Shown: piece by piece, positions 38,772 to 50,600 of the stretch
Position numbering within the stretch: the first letter of the stretch is position 1
How the letters are laid out: every line of letters begins with the position of its first letter
NCBI GenBank assembly: GCA_037305845.1
Contig: CP147778.1
Location: 2,368,001-2,432,000 of the forward strand
DNA length: 64,000 nucleotides
Reading direction: 5' to 3'
From: Candidatus Freyarchaeum deiterrae
GTDB taxonomy: Archaea; Asgardarchaeota; Jordiarchaeia; Jordiarchaeales; Jordiarchaeaceae
Made by a program: the position numbers and the translations under genes
The notes under the pieces: generated by a model
Databases searched by the model: none
Told to the model about the DNA's origin: nothing
Seen by the model: the letters and a program-made list of their open reading frames with translations, nothing else

Positions 38772-40505
38772 ATGTCAAATGACCTTGAGCAAACAATTCT
38801 AAAATATGCTCTTGCAAATGCTGTTAAGTTCGGAGGAAACGCTAATCAAAAAGCGGTTATGGGCAGGGTAATAGCCGAAAATCCCGAACTCAGAAGCCAA
38901 GCAAAAGAAATAGGAAAACTGACTTCCCAGATAATCGGAGAAATCTCAAAATTAAGTTTAGATCAGCAGAAGGAGAAATTGTTAGAAATTGCTCCTGAAC
39001 TTCTAGAAGTGCAAAAGAAAGAAGAGGAGATAAAGGAGCTGCCTCCCCTTCCTAATGTCGACCTCTACGAGCAAGTTGTTATGAGGCTGGCGCCCTATCC
39101 CTCCGGTCCGCTCCACATAGGGAACACGAGAATGGTCGTTCTCAACGACGAGTACATTAAACGATACGAGGGCAAATTGATTCTGGCTTTTGACGACACT
39201 ATAGGTAGTGAAGAAAAAAGAATTATGCCCGAAGCCTATGATCTCATAAGGGAAGGACTTGAATGGCTGGGTGTTAAATGGAACCAAGAAATTTACAAAT
39301 CAGACCGTATATCCGAGTTCTACAAGTACTGCGAGCAACTAATCAAAAAAGGAGAAGCATACACAGATTTATGCGAAGCTACTGAGTGGCGGGAAAAATA
39401 CAAAAAAACCGGGAAATCCTGCCCTCACCGTGATCAGACGGTTGAAGAGAATCTAGAAAACTGGAAGAAAATGTTAAATGGGGAATTAGGTGAAGGCCAA
39501 GCTGTGGTCAGAATCAAAACAGGAATGAACCACCCGGATCCAGCAGTGAGAGACCACATAATCATGAGGATTTCGGAGCGTGAACATCCTCGGGTAGGTT
39601 TAAAGTACCGTGTCTGGCCGCTTCTAGAGTTCTCCTGGGCTATCGATGATCACCTATTAGGCATTACCCACATTCTGCGTGGAAAAGACCTGATAAAAGA
39701 GGATATAGTAGAGCAGTTTATCTGGAAGAAAATGAATTGGCCTACCGCTCAGTTCATACATTATGGAATAATAACCTTCAAGGGCTTAAAACTTAGCAAG
39801 TCTAAATCACGGGGACTGATAGATAAAGGAGTTTACCTTGGATGGGACGACCCCAGAACGTGGAGTTTGCAGTCCCTAAGAAGGAGAGGAATACAACCCG
39901 AAGCAATAAGGCGAGCCATGATCGACCTCGGTTTAAGCATGATAGACATCGAATACAGCCCCGACATTCTCTACGCGATAAATAGAAAAATAATAGACAC
40001 CACAGCGGACCGCTACTTTTTTGTGGAATCCCCCGTTGAGCTTACTATCAGAAAGGCTCCGAATAAAAACCTAGAAGCCAAGCCTTTGCTTCACCCAGAT
40101 TTTCCAGAAAGAGGAACAAGAAAAATCCCAGTGAGCGTCGAAAAGGGATTAATTAAAGTTCTGATATCAGAGCGAGATAAAGACACGATGAGCCCCGATA
40201 ATATTATTCGTTTGAAAGACCTCATAAACATAACAATAACAAACATCAATCCCCTAAAAGCTGAATTCAACAGCTCCACAATCGAGGAAGCACGTAATTT
40301 AAACGCGAAAATAATTCATTGGGTACCCTCAGAAGGAAGCATTCCCATCAGCGTTTTAAAACCCGACGGTGTGAAAGTTAATGGACTCGGAGAACCCCAA
40401 TGCAAACAAATGAAAGTAGGTCAATTAGTTCAATTCGAAAGGTATGGTTTCAGCAGAATCGACCAAACCGAACCCCAAATCGTAGCTTTCTTCGCGCATA
40501 ACTAG
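38772..40505 (+). CDS. gltX: Glutamate--tRNA ligase, archaeal type
   Basis: RLAPYPSGPLHIGN, FDDT, ITHILRGKD, LSKS, GWDDPR and QFERYGF; likely start is the ATG at 38772 after GGAG. Confidence 0.95.
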   Translation: MSNDLEQTILKYALANAVKFGGNANQKAVMGRVIAENPELRSQAKEIGKLTSQIIGEISKLSLDQQKEKLLEIAPELLEVQKKEEEIKELPPLPNVDLYEQVVMRLAPYPSGPLHIGNTRMVVLNDEYIKRYEGKLILAFDDTIGSEEKRIMPEAYDLIREGLEWLGVKWNQEIYKSDRISEFYKYCEQLIKKGEAYTDLCEATEWREKYKKTGKSCPHRDQTVEENLENWKKMLNGELGEGQAVVRIKTGMNHPDPAVRDHIIMRISEREHPRVGLKYRVWPLLEFSWAIDDHLLGITHILRGKDLIKEDIVEQFIWKKMNWPTAQFIHYGIITFKGLKLSKSKSRGLIDKGVYLGWDDPRTWSLQSLRRRGIQPEAIRRAMIDLGLSMIDIEYSPDILYAINRKIIDTTADRYFFVESPVELTIRKAPNKNLEAKPLLHPDFPERGTRKIPVSVEKGLIKVLISERDKDTMSPDNIIRLKDLINITITNINPLKAEFNSSTIEEARNLNAKIIHWVPSEGSIPISVLKPDGVKVNGLGEPQCKQMKVGQLVQFERYGFSRIDQTEPQIVAFFAHN

Positions 40506-40565
40506 AGTTTTTATAATTTTCCCGAATAATAAAAAGTAGACTACACCAAAAAAAGGGTTAAAGCA

Positions 40566-41327
40566 ATGTTTCAAACACTAATAAACTATATCGCGTTAGT
40601 CACATGCATCATCCCTCTAGTCTTTGCTTCCTATAGTGATTGGAAAACCCGAACAGTGAAAAACCACATTTGGCTGATTATGACTATAGAAGGATTGGCT
40701 ATAGCTGCCACCAGATGGGTTTATACCGCTGAGCTCATTACTACTATTTTTTCCTATGCAGTAACTTTCCTAATCTCACTTGCATTTTTCGCTTCCAAAA
40801 TTTTTGGTGGGGCTGATGCCAAAGCCATGATGTGCGTTTCACTAATCATTCCTCAAAACGTTTCAACATCATCACTCACTCCCCTTTTCCCGCTCACGGC
40901 ATTTCTGAACACGTTTATCCTTCTGGGCTTGTTCTACCTCCTAGTACTAGGCTTCAATTTGTTGAGGCGTCTAAGAGGAGAAGATCTATTTCCTGGATTG
41001 GAGTCGGAATCAAAATTGAGAAAGGCATTAGCCCTGTTAACCTGTACTAGAACAGATCTGGATTCTGTTCAGACTAAGAAACACTTCTACCCCGCACAAC
41101 AAGTCATCAAGAAGAACAGCAAAACAGAAATGCATCTAATCCCCCCAAGGCAAGCATTAGATAAAGAGCAGATAAATTTTAACCTCTTGAAAAGCAAAGT
41201 AAAACCATTATCCAATAATAGAATCTGGGCTTACTTCTCAAAGCCTTTGATACCTATCATACTGATTTCAGTAATAATATCATTCTTCCTAGGAGATCTC
41301 CTCTTTTTCCCACTCAAAATTTTCTGA
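40566..41327 (+). CDS. A24 prepilin/prearchaellin peptidase (FlaK/PibD-like)
   Basis: ASYSDWKTR and FGGADAK (GxGD-type aspartates); multiple TM helices. Confidence 0.85.
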   Translation: MFQTLINYIALVTCIIPLVFASYSDWKTRTVKNHIWLIMTIEGLAIAATRWVYTAELITTIFSYAVTFLISLAFFASKIFGGADAKAMMCVSLIIPQNVSTSSLTPLFPLTAFLNTFILLGLFYLLVLGFNLLRRLRGEDLFPGLESESKLRKALALLTCTRTDLDSVQTKKHFYPAQQVIKKNSKTEMHLIPPRQALDKEQINFNLLKSKVKPLSNNRIWAYFSKPLIPIILISVIISFFLGDLLFFPLKIF

Positions 41328-41615
41328 ATCATAATCCAAAAGACACCTACTCACGCACAGAATGAGAACATCAACATAATGGTTGCAGGAGAATCTGAAA
41401 GGCACACGAAAGCTATAAGTAAAGCAAAATTACTAAAAACATAACACCCCCAATAAGTTTGAGAGAGACCTATAAGGATTGAAGTAATGCTTCAAACCTA
41501 CGATGAGGAGAGTTCTATTCCGTTTTGCGTGGTAGAATTATTACGGAAGTCTTCTCCTCAAAGCAAAAAGTTATTTCTTTGAGTATTATAATAGTTCGCT
41601 AGTGGAGGAAAAGTT

Positions 41616-42680
41616 ATGGAAGATCTTAAACGCCTTCTTAAAAAATTGGTGGAAGCGACAGGCCCTTCGGGCTACGAAGAAAACGTTAGAAATATTGTCG
41701 CAGATGAACTAGGCGATTGTGTTGATGAAATGAGAGTGGATAACCTAGGCAACCTCATATGCACAAAGAGAGGAAATAGAGATTCACCCAAAGCTATGAT
41801 TCTCGCCCACACTGATGAGATAGGAATGCTCGTACGATACATAGAGAAGGAAGGATTCATAAGGTTCTCATACCTCGGCGGCTTCATGGACCAAATGGTT
41901 CTAGGACAGAGAGTATTAATACACACGGAAAAACGCGACATAAAAGGAGTAATAGGATCGATTCCACCGCACCTAACGCCTGAGGAGGAACGTAAAAAAC
42001 CAATAACCCGGGACAAAATGTTCATCGACATCGGAGCTAGTAGTAAAGAGCAAGCGGAGGAGTTAGGAGTAAAAATAGGAGCCCCAATAACTTGGATCGG
42101 CAATTTCGACGAACTGGAAAACAACATAGTCACCGGCAAAGCCTTCGACAACCGAGCTGGCTGTGCTGTCCTAATACAAACTCTGAAAGAGGTGCACCCC
42201 GAATGTACCATAATTGGAGTAGCCTCAGTAATGGAAGAAGTGGGACTAAGGGGAGCCCAGACTTCAAGCTTCGAAGTAAATCCAGACTTCGCGATAGCAC
42301 TCGATGTAACTGCTACATGTGACCATCCTGGTGTGGAAGAAAGGCAAATGCCCGTAAGAATTGGAAAAGGCCCCGGAATAACGGTAGCTGACGGAAGACG
42401 TGAAAGTCTAGGCGGAGGCATAATATCCCATCCCAAAGTGTTAAAACTATTAACAGAAACCGCGGATGAAAACAACATACCATACCAGCTCGAGATATTC
42501 GAGGGCGGTACCACCGACGCCACAGCAGCAGCAACCACCAGAAGTGGAATACCCGCGGCTACAATCAACATACCAACACGGTATATCCACTCCCCGATTG
42601 AAGTGCTAAACCTTGAAGACCTATTAAACACGGTTAAACTCCTAAAACTCTCCCTAGAAAACGCCCACAAATTTTTCTAA
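41616..42680 (+). CDS. M42 family (TET) aminopeptidase
   Basis: AHTDEIG, KAFDNR, EEVGLRGA, GTTD and RYIHS motifs. Confidence 0.93.
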   Translation: MEDLKRLLKKLVEATGPSGYEENVRNIVADELGDCVDEMRVDNLGNLICTKRGNRDSPKAMILAHTDEIGMLVRYIEKEGFIRFSYLGGFMDQMVLGQRVLIHTEKRDIKGVIGSIPPHLTPEEERKKPITRDKMFIDIGASSKEQAEELGVKIGAPITWIGNFDELENNIVTGKAFDNRAGCAVLIQTLKEVHPECTIIGVASVMEEVGLRGAQTSSFEVNPDFAIALDVTATCDHPGVEERQMPVRIGKGPGITVADGRRESLGGGIISHPKVLKLLTETADENNIPYQLEIFEGGTTDATAAATTRSGIPAATINIPTRYIHSPIEVLNLEDLLNTVKLLKLSLENAHKFF

Positions 42681-42746
42681 CAAATATACCTTACTTTTCC
42701 TATGTTTAAGATCCCCCTAGAAGAATCTAAAAAGGTGTGAATTCCT

Positions 42747-43619
42747 TTGATTTTCGAAAAATTGGTAAAAAACGCCAAAAGCTCAAAGTCCACAGTAGCG
42801 ATAGGTTTAGGAGTGGAGGATAAAAATCCCCAGAGAATAATTCAAGCAGCAGAAACTGTGAATCAAAGAGAATTGGCGAAAACGGTAATCGTGGGAAACT
42901 TCGAACAGGCTCAAAAAGATTATTTTAAAAAACAAAAAGTCCAAATCCAAAGCTCGAAAAACCCCGAAGAAACACTCTTAAAAATGATAACATCCAACGA
43001 AGTAGACTCGGTTGTACGAGGCTCCCTACCCGCAAACGACTTTCTGAAACAAGCAAAAACACAATTCAAAGTCGAAAATTTCCGCAGAATCGCTCTACTA
43101 GAATCCGCCAACGGTAACCAATTCTTCTTCGCACCAGTGGGAATAGACGAGGGAAAAACGGTCCAAGAAAAAATCAACTTCGTATCCGAAGGAGTCAACT
43201 TACTACAAAAACTGGGAATCACTTCCAATGTAGCCATACTCTCCGGAGGAAGAGCTGGAGACTTAGGAAGAGACCCGATTGTTGATCAAACAATAAAAGA
43301 TGCTGAGGAAGCGGTTAGAACAATCAGAGAAAAAAACATCACACAAAGCATTCAAAACTACCAGATACTCATAGAAGATGCAGAAAGAAATAAAGCCAAC
43401 CTAATACTGGCACCAGACGGCATCTCTGGAAACCTAATCTACAGAACGCTAGTACACCTAGGCAAGGGGGCCTCCTACGGAGCATTATACACCAACCTCC
43501 CCAAAACAATAATAGACACATCAAGAGTAGCACCAATAAAAGAATACGTGGGTGCAATAATCTTCGCAAGCGCTCTAAAAGAGGCAGCACAAAAAGAAAC
43601 CCAAAAAAAGCAACAATAA
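42747..43619 (+). CDS. MtxX / methanogenesis marker protein 4-like (phosphotransacetylase fold)
   Basis: VRGSL, APVGIDEG, SGGRAGDLGR, DGISGNLIYRTL and DTSR motifs. Confidence 0.75.
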   Translation: MIFEKLVKNAKSSKSTVAIGLGVEDKNPQRIIQAAETVNQRELAKTVIVGNFEQAQKDYFKKQKVQIQSSKNPEETLLKMITSNEVDSVVRGSLPANDFLKQAKTQFKVENFRRIALLESANGNQFFFAPVGIDEGKTVQEKINFVSEGVNLLQKLGITSNVAILSGGRAGDLGRDPIVDQTIKDAEEAVRTIREKNITQSIQNYQILIEDAERNKANLILAPDGISGNLIYRTLVHLGKGASYGALYTNLPKTIIDTSRVAPIKEYVGAIIFASALKEAAQKETQKKQQ

Positions 43620-43694
43620 TTGAAACACAAAACAACAGAACGGCCCAATTAAAAGAAGTAACTCAATTGCCCAAAAACGATTAATGCGGTATCC

Positions 43695-44702
43695 TTATTT
43701 AAAATCGACATCGAAAACATCTTTCTTCTTACTAAAAGCTCCACTATATACCAACCTAAAGTAATCCGAAAAAGTCGCCTCAACCTCGGCCAGCTCCGAA
43801 GGCTCAAAACCCAACGCATTTAATTCTTCAATAAACTTCCCCAAATTGTACTTCCCGCTTTGCGGGAAAATCTTCAAAGTATTCCTACCAACCGGTAGAA
43901 CAAACTTTACAGACTTGATTTTTTCTATTTTTTCCTGATTTTCCATCGTCAAATGCTTGAATTTAACCCTGACACACTTACCATCATTGGGCAACTTTTT
44001 GAGAAACTCCTTAGGCTCACCGAAAACAACAACTTTCCCCTTATCCAAAACAACAATCCTATCACTGAAATCAGCCGTCTCCAAATCATGACTAACAATA
44101 CAAATAGTAACTCCCAAACTCTTATTCAAGTTACGAAGATAATTCAAAACCTCAATGCGAAGATGCGAATCGAGCCCGGTTGTGGGTTCGTCGAGCAGTA
44201 GCACTTTTGGGTTGTTGATGAGGCCGATGCATATTGATACTCGCTTTTTTTCTCCTCCTGAGAGGTCTCTGAATGGTTTTTTCATCATTTCTTTTGTTCC
44301 GAATCCGAGTATCTTCAGTATTTGGGTAGACCTTGCTTTGATTTCCTTGTCTGGTAGGCCGTACATTTTTCCGAAGTAATAAGCGTTGGTGAGGGCTGAG
44401 AATTCAGGGTACGCTGATACCTCCTCTGGTTGGGGGACGTATCCTAAAATTTCGTCTATTTTTTCTTTTTCTTTTACTTTTTCTTTTACTACGTTGTATC
44501 CTGCTAGGTAAACTTCTCCTTCGGTGGGTTTTATTTGAGAGGTTAGGACACGGAGGCAGGTGGACTTCCCAGCTCCACTACCTCCTATGATTGCTAGCAT
44601 CTCTCCCCGTTTAGCGTAGAAGTTTATGTTTTCCAGTATCATTGCCTTGTGTATTTTTACGCTCACGTTTTTCAGCTCTATATCCATCTCGTTATTATTC
44701 AT
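43695..44702 (-). CDS. ABC-2 exporter ATP-binding subunit
   Basis: GGSGAGKS, LSGGE, LLLDEP and SH motifs. Confidence 0.93.
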   Translation of the reverse strand: MNNNEMDIELKNVSVKIHKAMILENINFYAKRGEMLAIIGGSGAGKSTCLRVLTSQIKPTEGEVYLAGYNVVKEKVKEKEKIDEILGYVPQPEEVSAYPEFSALTNAYYFGKMYGLPDKEIKARSTQILKILGFGTKEMMKKPFRDLSGGEKKRVSICIGLINNPKVLLLDEPTTGLDSHLRIEVLNYLRNLNKSLGVTICIVSHDLETADFSDRIVVLDKGKVVVFGEPKEFLKKLPNDGKCVRVKFKHLTMENQEKIEKIKSVKFVLPVGRNTLKIFPQSGKYNLGKFIEELNALGFEPSELAEVEATFSDYFRLVYSGAFSKKKDVFDVDFK

Positions 44703-44742
44703 TGTCGGTCGCCCTTTGTCTTTTTTTTGAGTTTACACTAGA

Positions 44743-45912
44743 CTACACTAAGCCTTTTTTGAAGAAGAACACTATAAACGCTAAAGCGAGGAAGAAGGAT
44801 GTGAATCCCAGCAAGTATAGACATTGTGTTCCTATACTTACTAGGTCTAGTCCGCGGGCTGTTACGCCTGATATGGCTACTCTTGATAGTTGTAGGGGGT
44901 CTAGGTTCTGTATGGCTGTTATTGGTACTGCGAATAGGATTACGATTAGGATTAGGTAGGAGAATATGAAGTACTGGTTTGCTTGGAGTCTGGAATTGCT
45001 TACTACTGATATGAATATGCCAAGTCCTACTCCGAAGAAACAGGTTAGGACAAGTACTGTGAGTAAGTTAGAGATTGTTCCTGCCGGTTGAAACCCGAAT
45101 CCTAGGATTAGTATCCCCAGAACTATTGTAATTTGTATCATGCTAACTAGCATATATGATACGATCTTTGCTATTAGAGCTTCTGATTTCCCTGCTGGCG
45201 TGAGTAGCATTCTTCTGAGAGGTACGTCTCCCACGACGCACTGGCTTGTTAGCACGAGTATTGCTCCAATGAATAGCATAGGTAAAATTAGAGGTATTGT
45301 GATTTGAATGTCACTTACTCCCGCTGTCACGCTTGGCCATATTGCTTGGGTTGATGGAATTACATCATTCTTTGTGAAGTTGTATTCAATTTTCAGTTGC
45401 GCTATCGCGTTTGTGACTCCCGCTATAACAGTACCTTGCCCTGTAATATCGCTTCCATCCAGAGTCAAGTTTACGTATGCTGGGACTAAGCCGCTTCCAG
45501 AGGAGGCTAACTGGTTTGTGAATCCGAAAGGAATCACTACTATCGCGTTTATTTGTTTTTGCCAGAGAAGATACGCTGCTAAATCATAGCTCTGCATGGG
45601 GATAGTTATGCACTGGTTTGCGTGTAGGACCATTTCATTGATTAGAATGTTGGAATAACTTGTGCCGTTAACTGTGGTTGTGTCTTGATTTATCACAGCT
45701 ATTTTGGAGTAGTCACTTGGAGTTATCACTCTTTGTTGAGCCACTCCCATTGCTAACGTGATTATTATTGGGAGTAAGAAAATGACTAAGAGTGCTTGTT
45801 TGTCTTTGAGAAGTGACTCTAATTCTTTTCTAATTAGAGCCCCTATTCTCTTAAAACTGCCAGCAGAGGGAACTAAATTTTTTTTCATCGAACTGAATAT
45901 CCTATCCATCAT
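44743..45912 (-). CDS. ABC-2 type permease
   Basis: LIRKE, TM1, a large extracellular loop, then five further TM helices. Confidence 0.9.
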   Translation of the reverse strand: MMDRIFSSMKKNLVPSAGSFKRIGALIRKELESLLKDKQALLVIFLLPIIITLAMGVAQQRVITPSDYSKIAVINQDTTTVNGTSYSNILINEMVLHANQCITIPMQSYDLAAYLLWQKQINAIVVIPFGFTNQLASSGSGLVPAYVNLTLDGSDITGQGTVIAGVTNAIAQLKIEYNFTKNDVIPSTQAIWPSVTAGVSDIQITIPLILPMLFIGAILVLTSQCVVGDVPLRRMLLTPAGKSEALIAKIVSYMLVSMIQITIVLGILILGFGFQPAGTISNLLTVLVLTCFFGVGLGIFISVVSNSRLQANQYFIFSYLILIVILFAVPITAIQNLDPLQLSRVAISGVTARGLDLVSIGTQCLYLLGFTSFFLALAFIVFFFKKGLV

Positions 45913-45943
45913 TGCAGAAACCTTCTCTTTACAATAAAAAATA

Positions 45944-47566
45944 TTAGGTTATGGCTTCTGAGCTCCCCGTAAGGTAAATGAAGTAGTCGTCCATATCAAC
46001 TTCAACTTTCGGCTCAACTTTTCGGACAGCTATTTTTTTTCCTTCCAACTTTTCGAGTACACTTTTCAGTACTATATTATCTTCCTTATTTGGGAATATT
46101 TTTATTTGCTCTCCTTTTCGAATCACGTAATCGACGCCTTTAATTTTTCTTATCAACTCCACGGCTTCGGGGTGATAATCTTCCAACACCAGTTCTATGG
46201 TGTATCCCTCACCGGGTAAGCGTTTCTTCAATTGCTCCGCGGTTCCGAAATCAACGAAACCCCTGTTTCTAACGAAAATCGCCGCTTTGTCACAATAATC
46301 AATCTCTGCTGGATAGTGCGTTATCACAACCAGTGAAGTTCCATAAAGCTTGTTTATTCGGTCAAGATACTCCCAAAGTTCGTGTCTTCTAACAAGGTCA
46401 AGTCCGGAGCTGGGCTCGTCTAAGAATATTATTTTTGGCAGGTGTACCAAAGCTATGGCGATGCTGACTCTCCTTTTTTCTCCTCCACTAAGATTATCTA
46501 CTTTTTCTCCTCCTTTTTCAAAGATGTGGAGGTCTTTGAGAATTTGTTTTCCTCTGTGTATTAGATCCAGCTCTGGAACATTGTACTGCTTTCCAAAATA
46601 GACTATGTTTTCCATGGGGGTGAAGTCCATGTACATGCGGCTCAAATCTTGGGGTACGTATCCAAAAAGTGGTGCAACATTATCCTTGTCTCTGGCGTCG
46701 AATCCGCATATCTCGATTTCACCACTGTCAGGTTTAATGTCCCCGATTATTGCTTTCATGCAAGTCGACTTTCCGCTTCCCGACTCACCCACAATTCCCA
46801 AGATTTCCCCCTCTTTTATCTCAAAATTAACATCTGAAATAACTGTTCGTTTATTGTAGGAAACAGTTAAACCGTGAACCTTGAGTACCATTCCGTCAGT
46901 GTTTTGGGGTTTGGGTTTCTCCCCGGGCATAAACAGGATTTTTTGAGCCGCCACATCGTTTTGATTTTTGCGTAATTGCCCTAATCCGCCAATTTTTAGG
47001 ATGGTATTTTGTTCTATGGATTTATCGCTGATTGATCCACTTTTTATTCTAACGGCAAAACATCCGCTTGTAATATTATCCTCCACCCCTACCACTTCAC
47101 CATCAGCAATAAAGGGCTCTTCTGTTTTTTCCCAGATACCCTTTATCTTGGCGTTAATTTTGTATCTTTTGAGTTTATCTCTGAGCCAGGACGTAGCGGA
47201 TAAAAAATGGGCTCCATCAAAAAATCTATCCTCAGACAGATTCTTTTCCATAAAGTTTCTCAGAATAAGGTTTTCTGCTTGGATATCCTCCTTAGAAGAG
47301 GACGCGCCAATCGTAACAATTTCCCCCGAGTTAAAATTTTCGTTTCCCCGTTTACCCTCGGTTATACTTATTACGATGACACTTCGCATCGGTGAAGAAT
47401 AAGCCTCCAAGAAATGCCCCTTACTTCTAAAGTCCTCGCCGGTCTCGTGCCATTTACCCTGCACTTCAACTTCTATTATGTTACCTTCCCGCTCTTTGCA
47501 CCATTCGGCAGCTTGGCTCATTCTTTTTCCGCTGAAGTAAGCCTCTTCTACGAAGTCATCTTTCAA
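45944..47566 (-). CDS. ABC ATP-binding protein with ~220-aa N-terminal extension
   Basis: GESGSGKS, LSGGE, FLDEP and TH motifs. Confidence 0.9.
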   Translation of the reverse strand: MKDDFVEEAYFSGKRMSQAAEWCKEREGNIIEVEVQGKWHETGEDFRSKGHFLEAYSSPMRSVIVISITEGKRGNENFNSGEIVTIGASSSKEDIQAENLILRNFMEKNLSEDRFFDGAHFLSATSWLRDKLKRYKINAKIKGIWEKTEEPFIADGEVVGVEDNITSGCFAVRIKSGSISDKSIEQNTILKIGGLGQLRKNQNDVAAQKILFMPGEKPKPQNTDGMVLKVHGLTVSYNKRTVISDVNFEIKEGEILGIVGESGSGKSTCMKAIIGDIKPDSGEIEICGFDARDKDNVAPLFGYVPQDLSRMYMDFTPMENIVYFGKQYNVPELDLIHRGKQILKDLHIFEKGGEKVDNLSGGEKRRVSIAIALVHLPKIIFLDEPSSGLDLVRRHELWEYLDRINKLYGTSLVVITHYPAEIDYCDKAAIFVRNRGFVDFGTAEQLKKRLPGEGYTIELVLEDYHPEAVELIRKIKGVDYVIRKGEQIKIFPNKEDNIVLKSVLEKLEGKKIAVRKVEPKVEVDMDDYFIYLTGSSEAIT

Positions 47567-47631
47567 AAACCAACACCATTAAGAATGTAATAATAGACAA
47601 ACTAATAAACATATAGTAAAAGTATATACTT

Positions 47632-50600
47632 ATGAAACTCTCGAAAAAAACCATAGCCATTTTGATGATTCTCGCATTCACGGCTACCTTTATTGCAGGT
47701 TTCACCATCCTCCCTCAAAATATCTATCCTGCAAAGTCAATGAACACTGGTGGCCTGGACTCAACCTCAAAAATCGACCCATACCTAGTATCAATGGTAA
47801 ATAGTGGAGGGTTTCCTAATTCTTATTCCACCAAAATGATTATTGTATTCGGGGAAACAAACTTCAGCTCTGGATTGCAGGCACTGAATTCAACGTTTCC
47901 CGATATTGTAGTCGAGAAAGTTTATGATTACATACCCGCAGTAGCTATAGAGTCGCCTCTCAGCAATGTCCAAAAAATTGCTTCTCTCTCTCAAGTAAGT
48001 AAAGTTTGGTACGATTATCCGATTCACCTGGAACCTAAGAGTTTGGTGCAATCTGGTGTGTCCAGCAAGGAAGTAGCTTACGACCCGACGATCGAAAATC
48101 TGTGGAGTATGAATCTTACCGGAAGCGGCGTTATTGTAGCACTTCTAGATAGCGGAATAGATGCAAGCCACCCAGACTTGAACAATCTTGGTAACAATAG
48201 CAATACAACCAAAGTTGTAGAAAGCGTTTCTATGGTAGAATACGACCCATTTACCTATGATTTAAACGGACACGGAACATATGTGGCCGGTATAATAGCT
48301 GGAACCGGAAACGCTTCGAATGGAACTTATAAGGGAATCGCGCCTCAAGCGCAACTTTTTAATGTGAAGGTTTTCGATTCGGAAGGATTAAGCTTCTTTT
48401 CCTGGATACTCTCGGGGGTAGAGTGGAGCGTTAGCCACGGGGCAGACATAATCGTTGTACCATTCGCTGGGCCAGGTTACCCAGACGACCCTCTATGCAC
48501 CGAGATAGATAAAGCCGTTGAATCCGGGGTGACAGTAATAGCAGCGGCAGGCGACGATGGTCCCGCTTACACCAGCGTGGGTTCACCGGGAATGGCGCTA
48601 AGTGCTATAACCGTAGGAAACTACAACAAATCCTCAGGACTTGTATGCTCTAATAGTAGTCGAGGACCCAGTTTATACATGTGGATGGATCCCGATATAG
48701 TCGCTCCGGGTTACAATATTACCTCATGCAGAGCTTCGCTGCCAAATCTGGGGGTGAACATAAGCCTACCCTCTCTTCCTGCAGGTGGGTACGGCAACCC
48801 CCTTGATGGAAATTACACCACTGCGACCGGTACTCTTGCGGCGGCAGGTTATGTGGCGGGAACTGCGGCTCTTCTTCTTCAGGCTTTTCCCTTCGTGACT
48901 CCAGAGACGTTAAAAGTGGCTATGATGAAAACCGCCATAGATCTGGGTGAAGATTCTAACACTCAAGGTGCGGGTCTTCTGGATGGTAATGCGACCTACA
49001 ACTATTTGAGAGGTCTTGAAGGCCCTATAGGAAACATTTCCAGAGCATCTACCCCCGCTTTACCTTATACCGGGTTCTTCTTTACGAATGATGCAACTTC
49101 TCAACTGTCAACTTACTGTATAGTTGGAACTTATGGAACTTTTGTGGGCATGCAGACCCAAAATGCCACATCCGGTCTTAACAATACTCATTTACTGCAG
49201 GGGCGATTCGGCGTAAAATACAATGGGCTCGATAACGTTACTCTGTTTTTGCTTACAACACTATATCGAGAAATGCACTCAACAACGATACTCGGTGGAG
49301 ATTATCAAAGGGCGCTAACCGTGCTGGGCAATGGAAATATTCTCATAGTCATAGCCGTAGATTGCTGGAACAACACTAACGCAACTGGAGCATTCAGAAT
49401 AACAATAAACCTAATAAATATCGGGAGCACCGCTCTCAATAATGTATCCCTATTAACTTGCTGGAACATTGACCTTTTCCTAAACGAATCAAACCATATA
49501 AGTGATAACCACGCACAATACAATTCTACAGACGATCTGATTTATGCTAACGATAGTAACTACGATTATCCCACAGAGCAAATATTTGTGGGATTCAAGG
49601 GCAACATCTCCACAGCTCACGAGGTGGGTGATAACAACACTGTTTTCGAAGACTTTCTAAATGATCAACTAAACAACACCTCTAATTACAATGGCAGCAT
49701 TGGTCTCGCAATGAAATGGAATCTAACAGGACAATTGGATCCCGGGAGCAATGTTGGTTTTGTGGGTGCTCTCGGAGTTGGCGGAGATTACGGCCAGATG
49801 CTGGATGCTGCCAACAATATATTGGCGGCGGGGGTGCAAAACTCTACAGATCTGTGTGTTGTTAATGCCTCTATTGAGCGTACGGGTAAAGTCCATACAC
49901 CCTTTCCCTCAGAAAGCCTCATTCTAAACATTGGAAATACGGTGACGAATGCTTCAGTTTTCTTTTTTTCAAATAAATCGACAGATGAAAGCAGCATTTT
50001 CTATACAGAAATATTCCAGTATCAGAACCTTCAACCATTCGCATTTAGAGAAATATCAACGAGTTGGGAACCCACAAACAGCACAGTGTACACCGTGGGT
50101 TGGGTTGTAGCCGAGCTTTCAAACTTTTTGACACCGGGACAACTACTCTCAGGCAACCTCTCATTCAATTTGAGCGAAACCTATCTATTGGATAATTTCA
50201 TAATTAGGGACGTTTTCATCGGCACATCTCCCAACTGTAGTATCCTCTTCCCAACCCTTATTCCCAATAAACCCTTCGAACTCAATTTCCCCCTAGATTT
50301 TGCATACACCAATCTGACAGTAGTGAGTACCTACAATCTGGAAAATGTTCAAGTAGCATACTCTGGTAATGCAACCCAACTTTTCAATGGAACTCCCACA
50401 GTTTTAATTAGAGGCGACTACGCGAACATCCTGATAACTCTTAACGCCACGTATTTCCCACATCCGGGCTACTACAACGGCATAATTAACATTACCGCTA
50501 ATGGAGCACTCATAGGAAGTGTGAATATCAGTTTTAATCTAAGATATCCCGAAGGTAGATTATTCTTTGACAGTATTCATAATGAAATAAGTTTAACCAG

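Noticed and set aside
41672-42670. 332-aa antisense ORF
   Set aside because: It is a shadow of the well-supported M42 peptidase, with Ser-rich mirror composition and no motifs.
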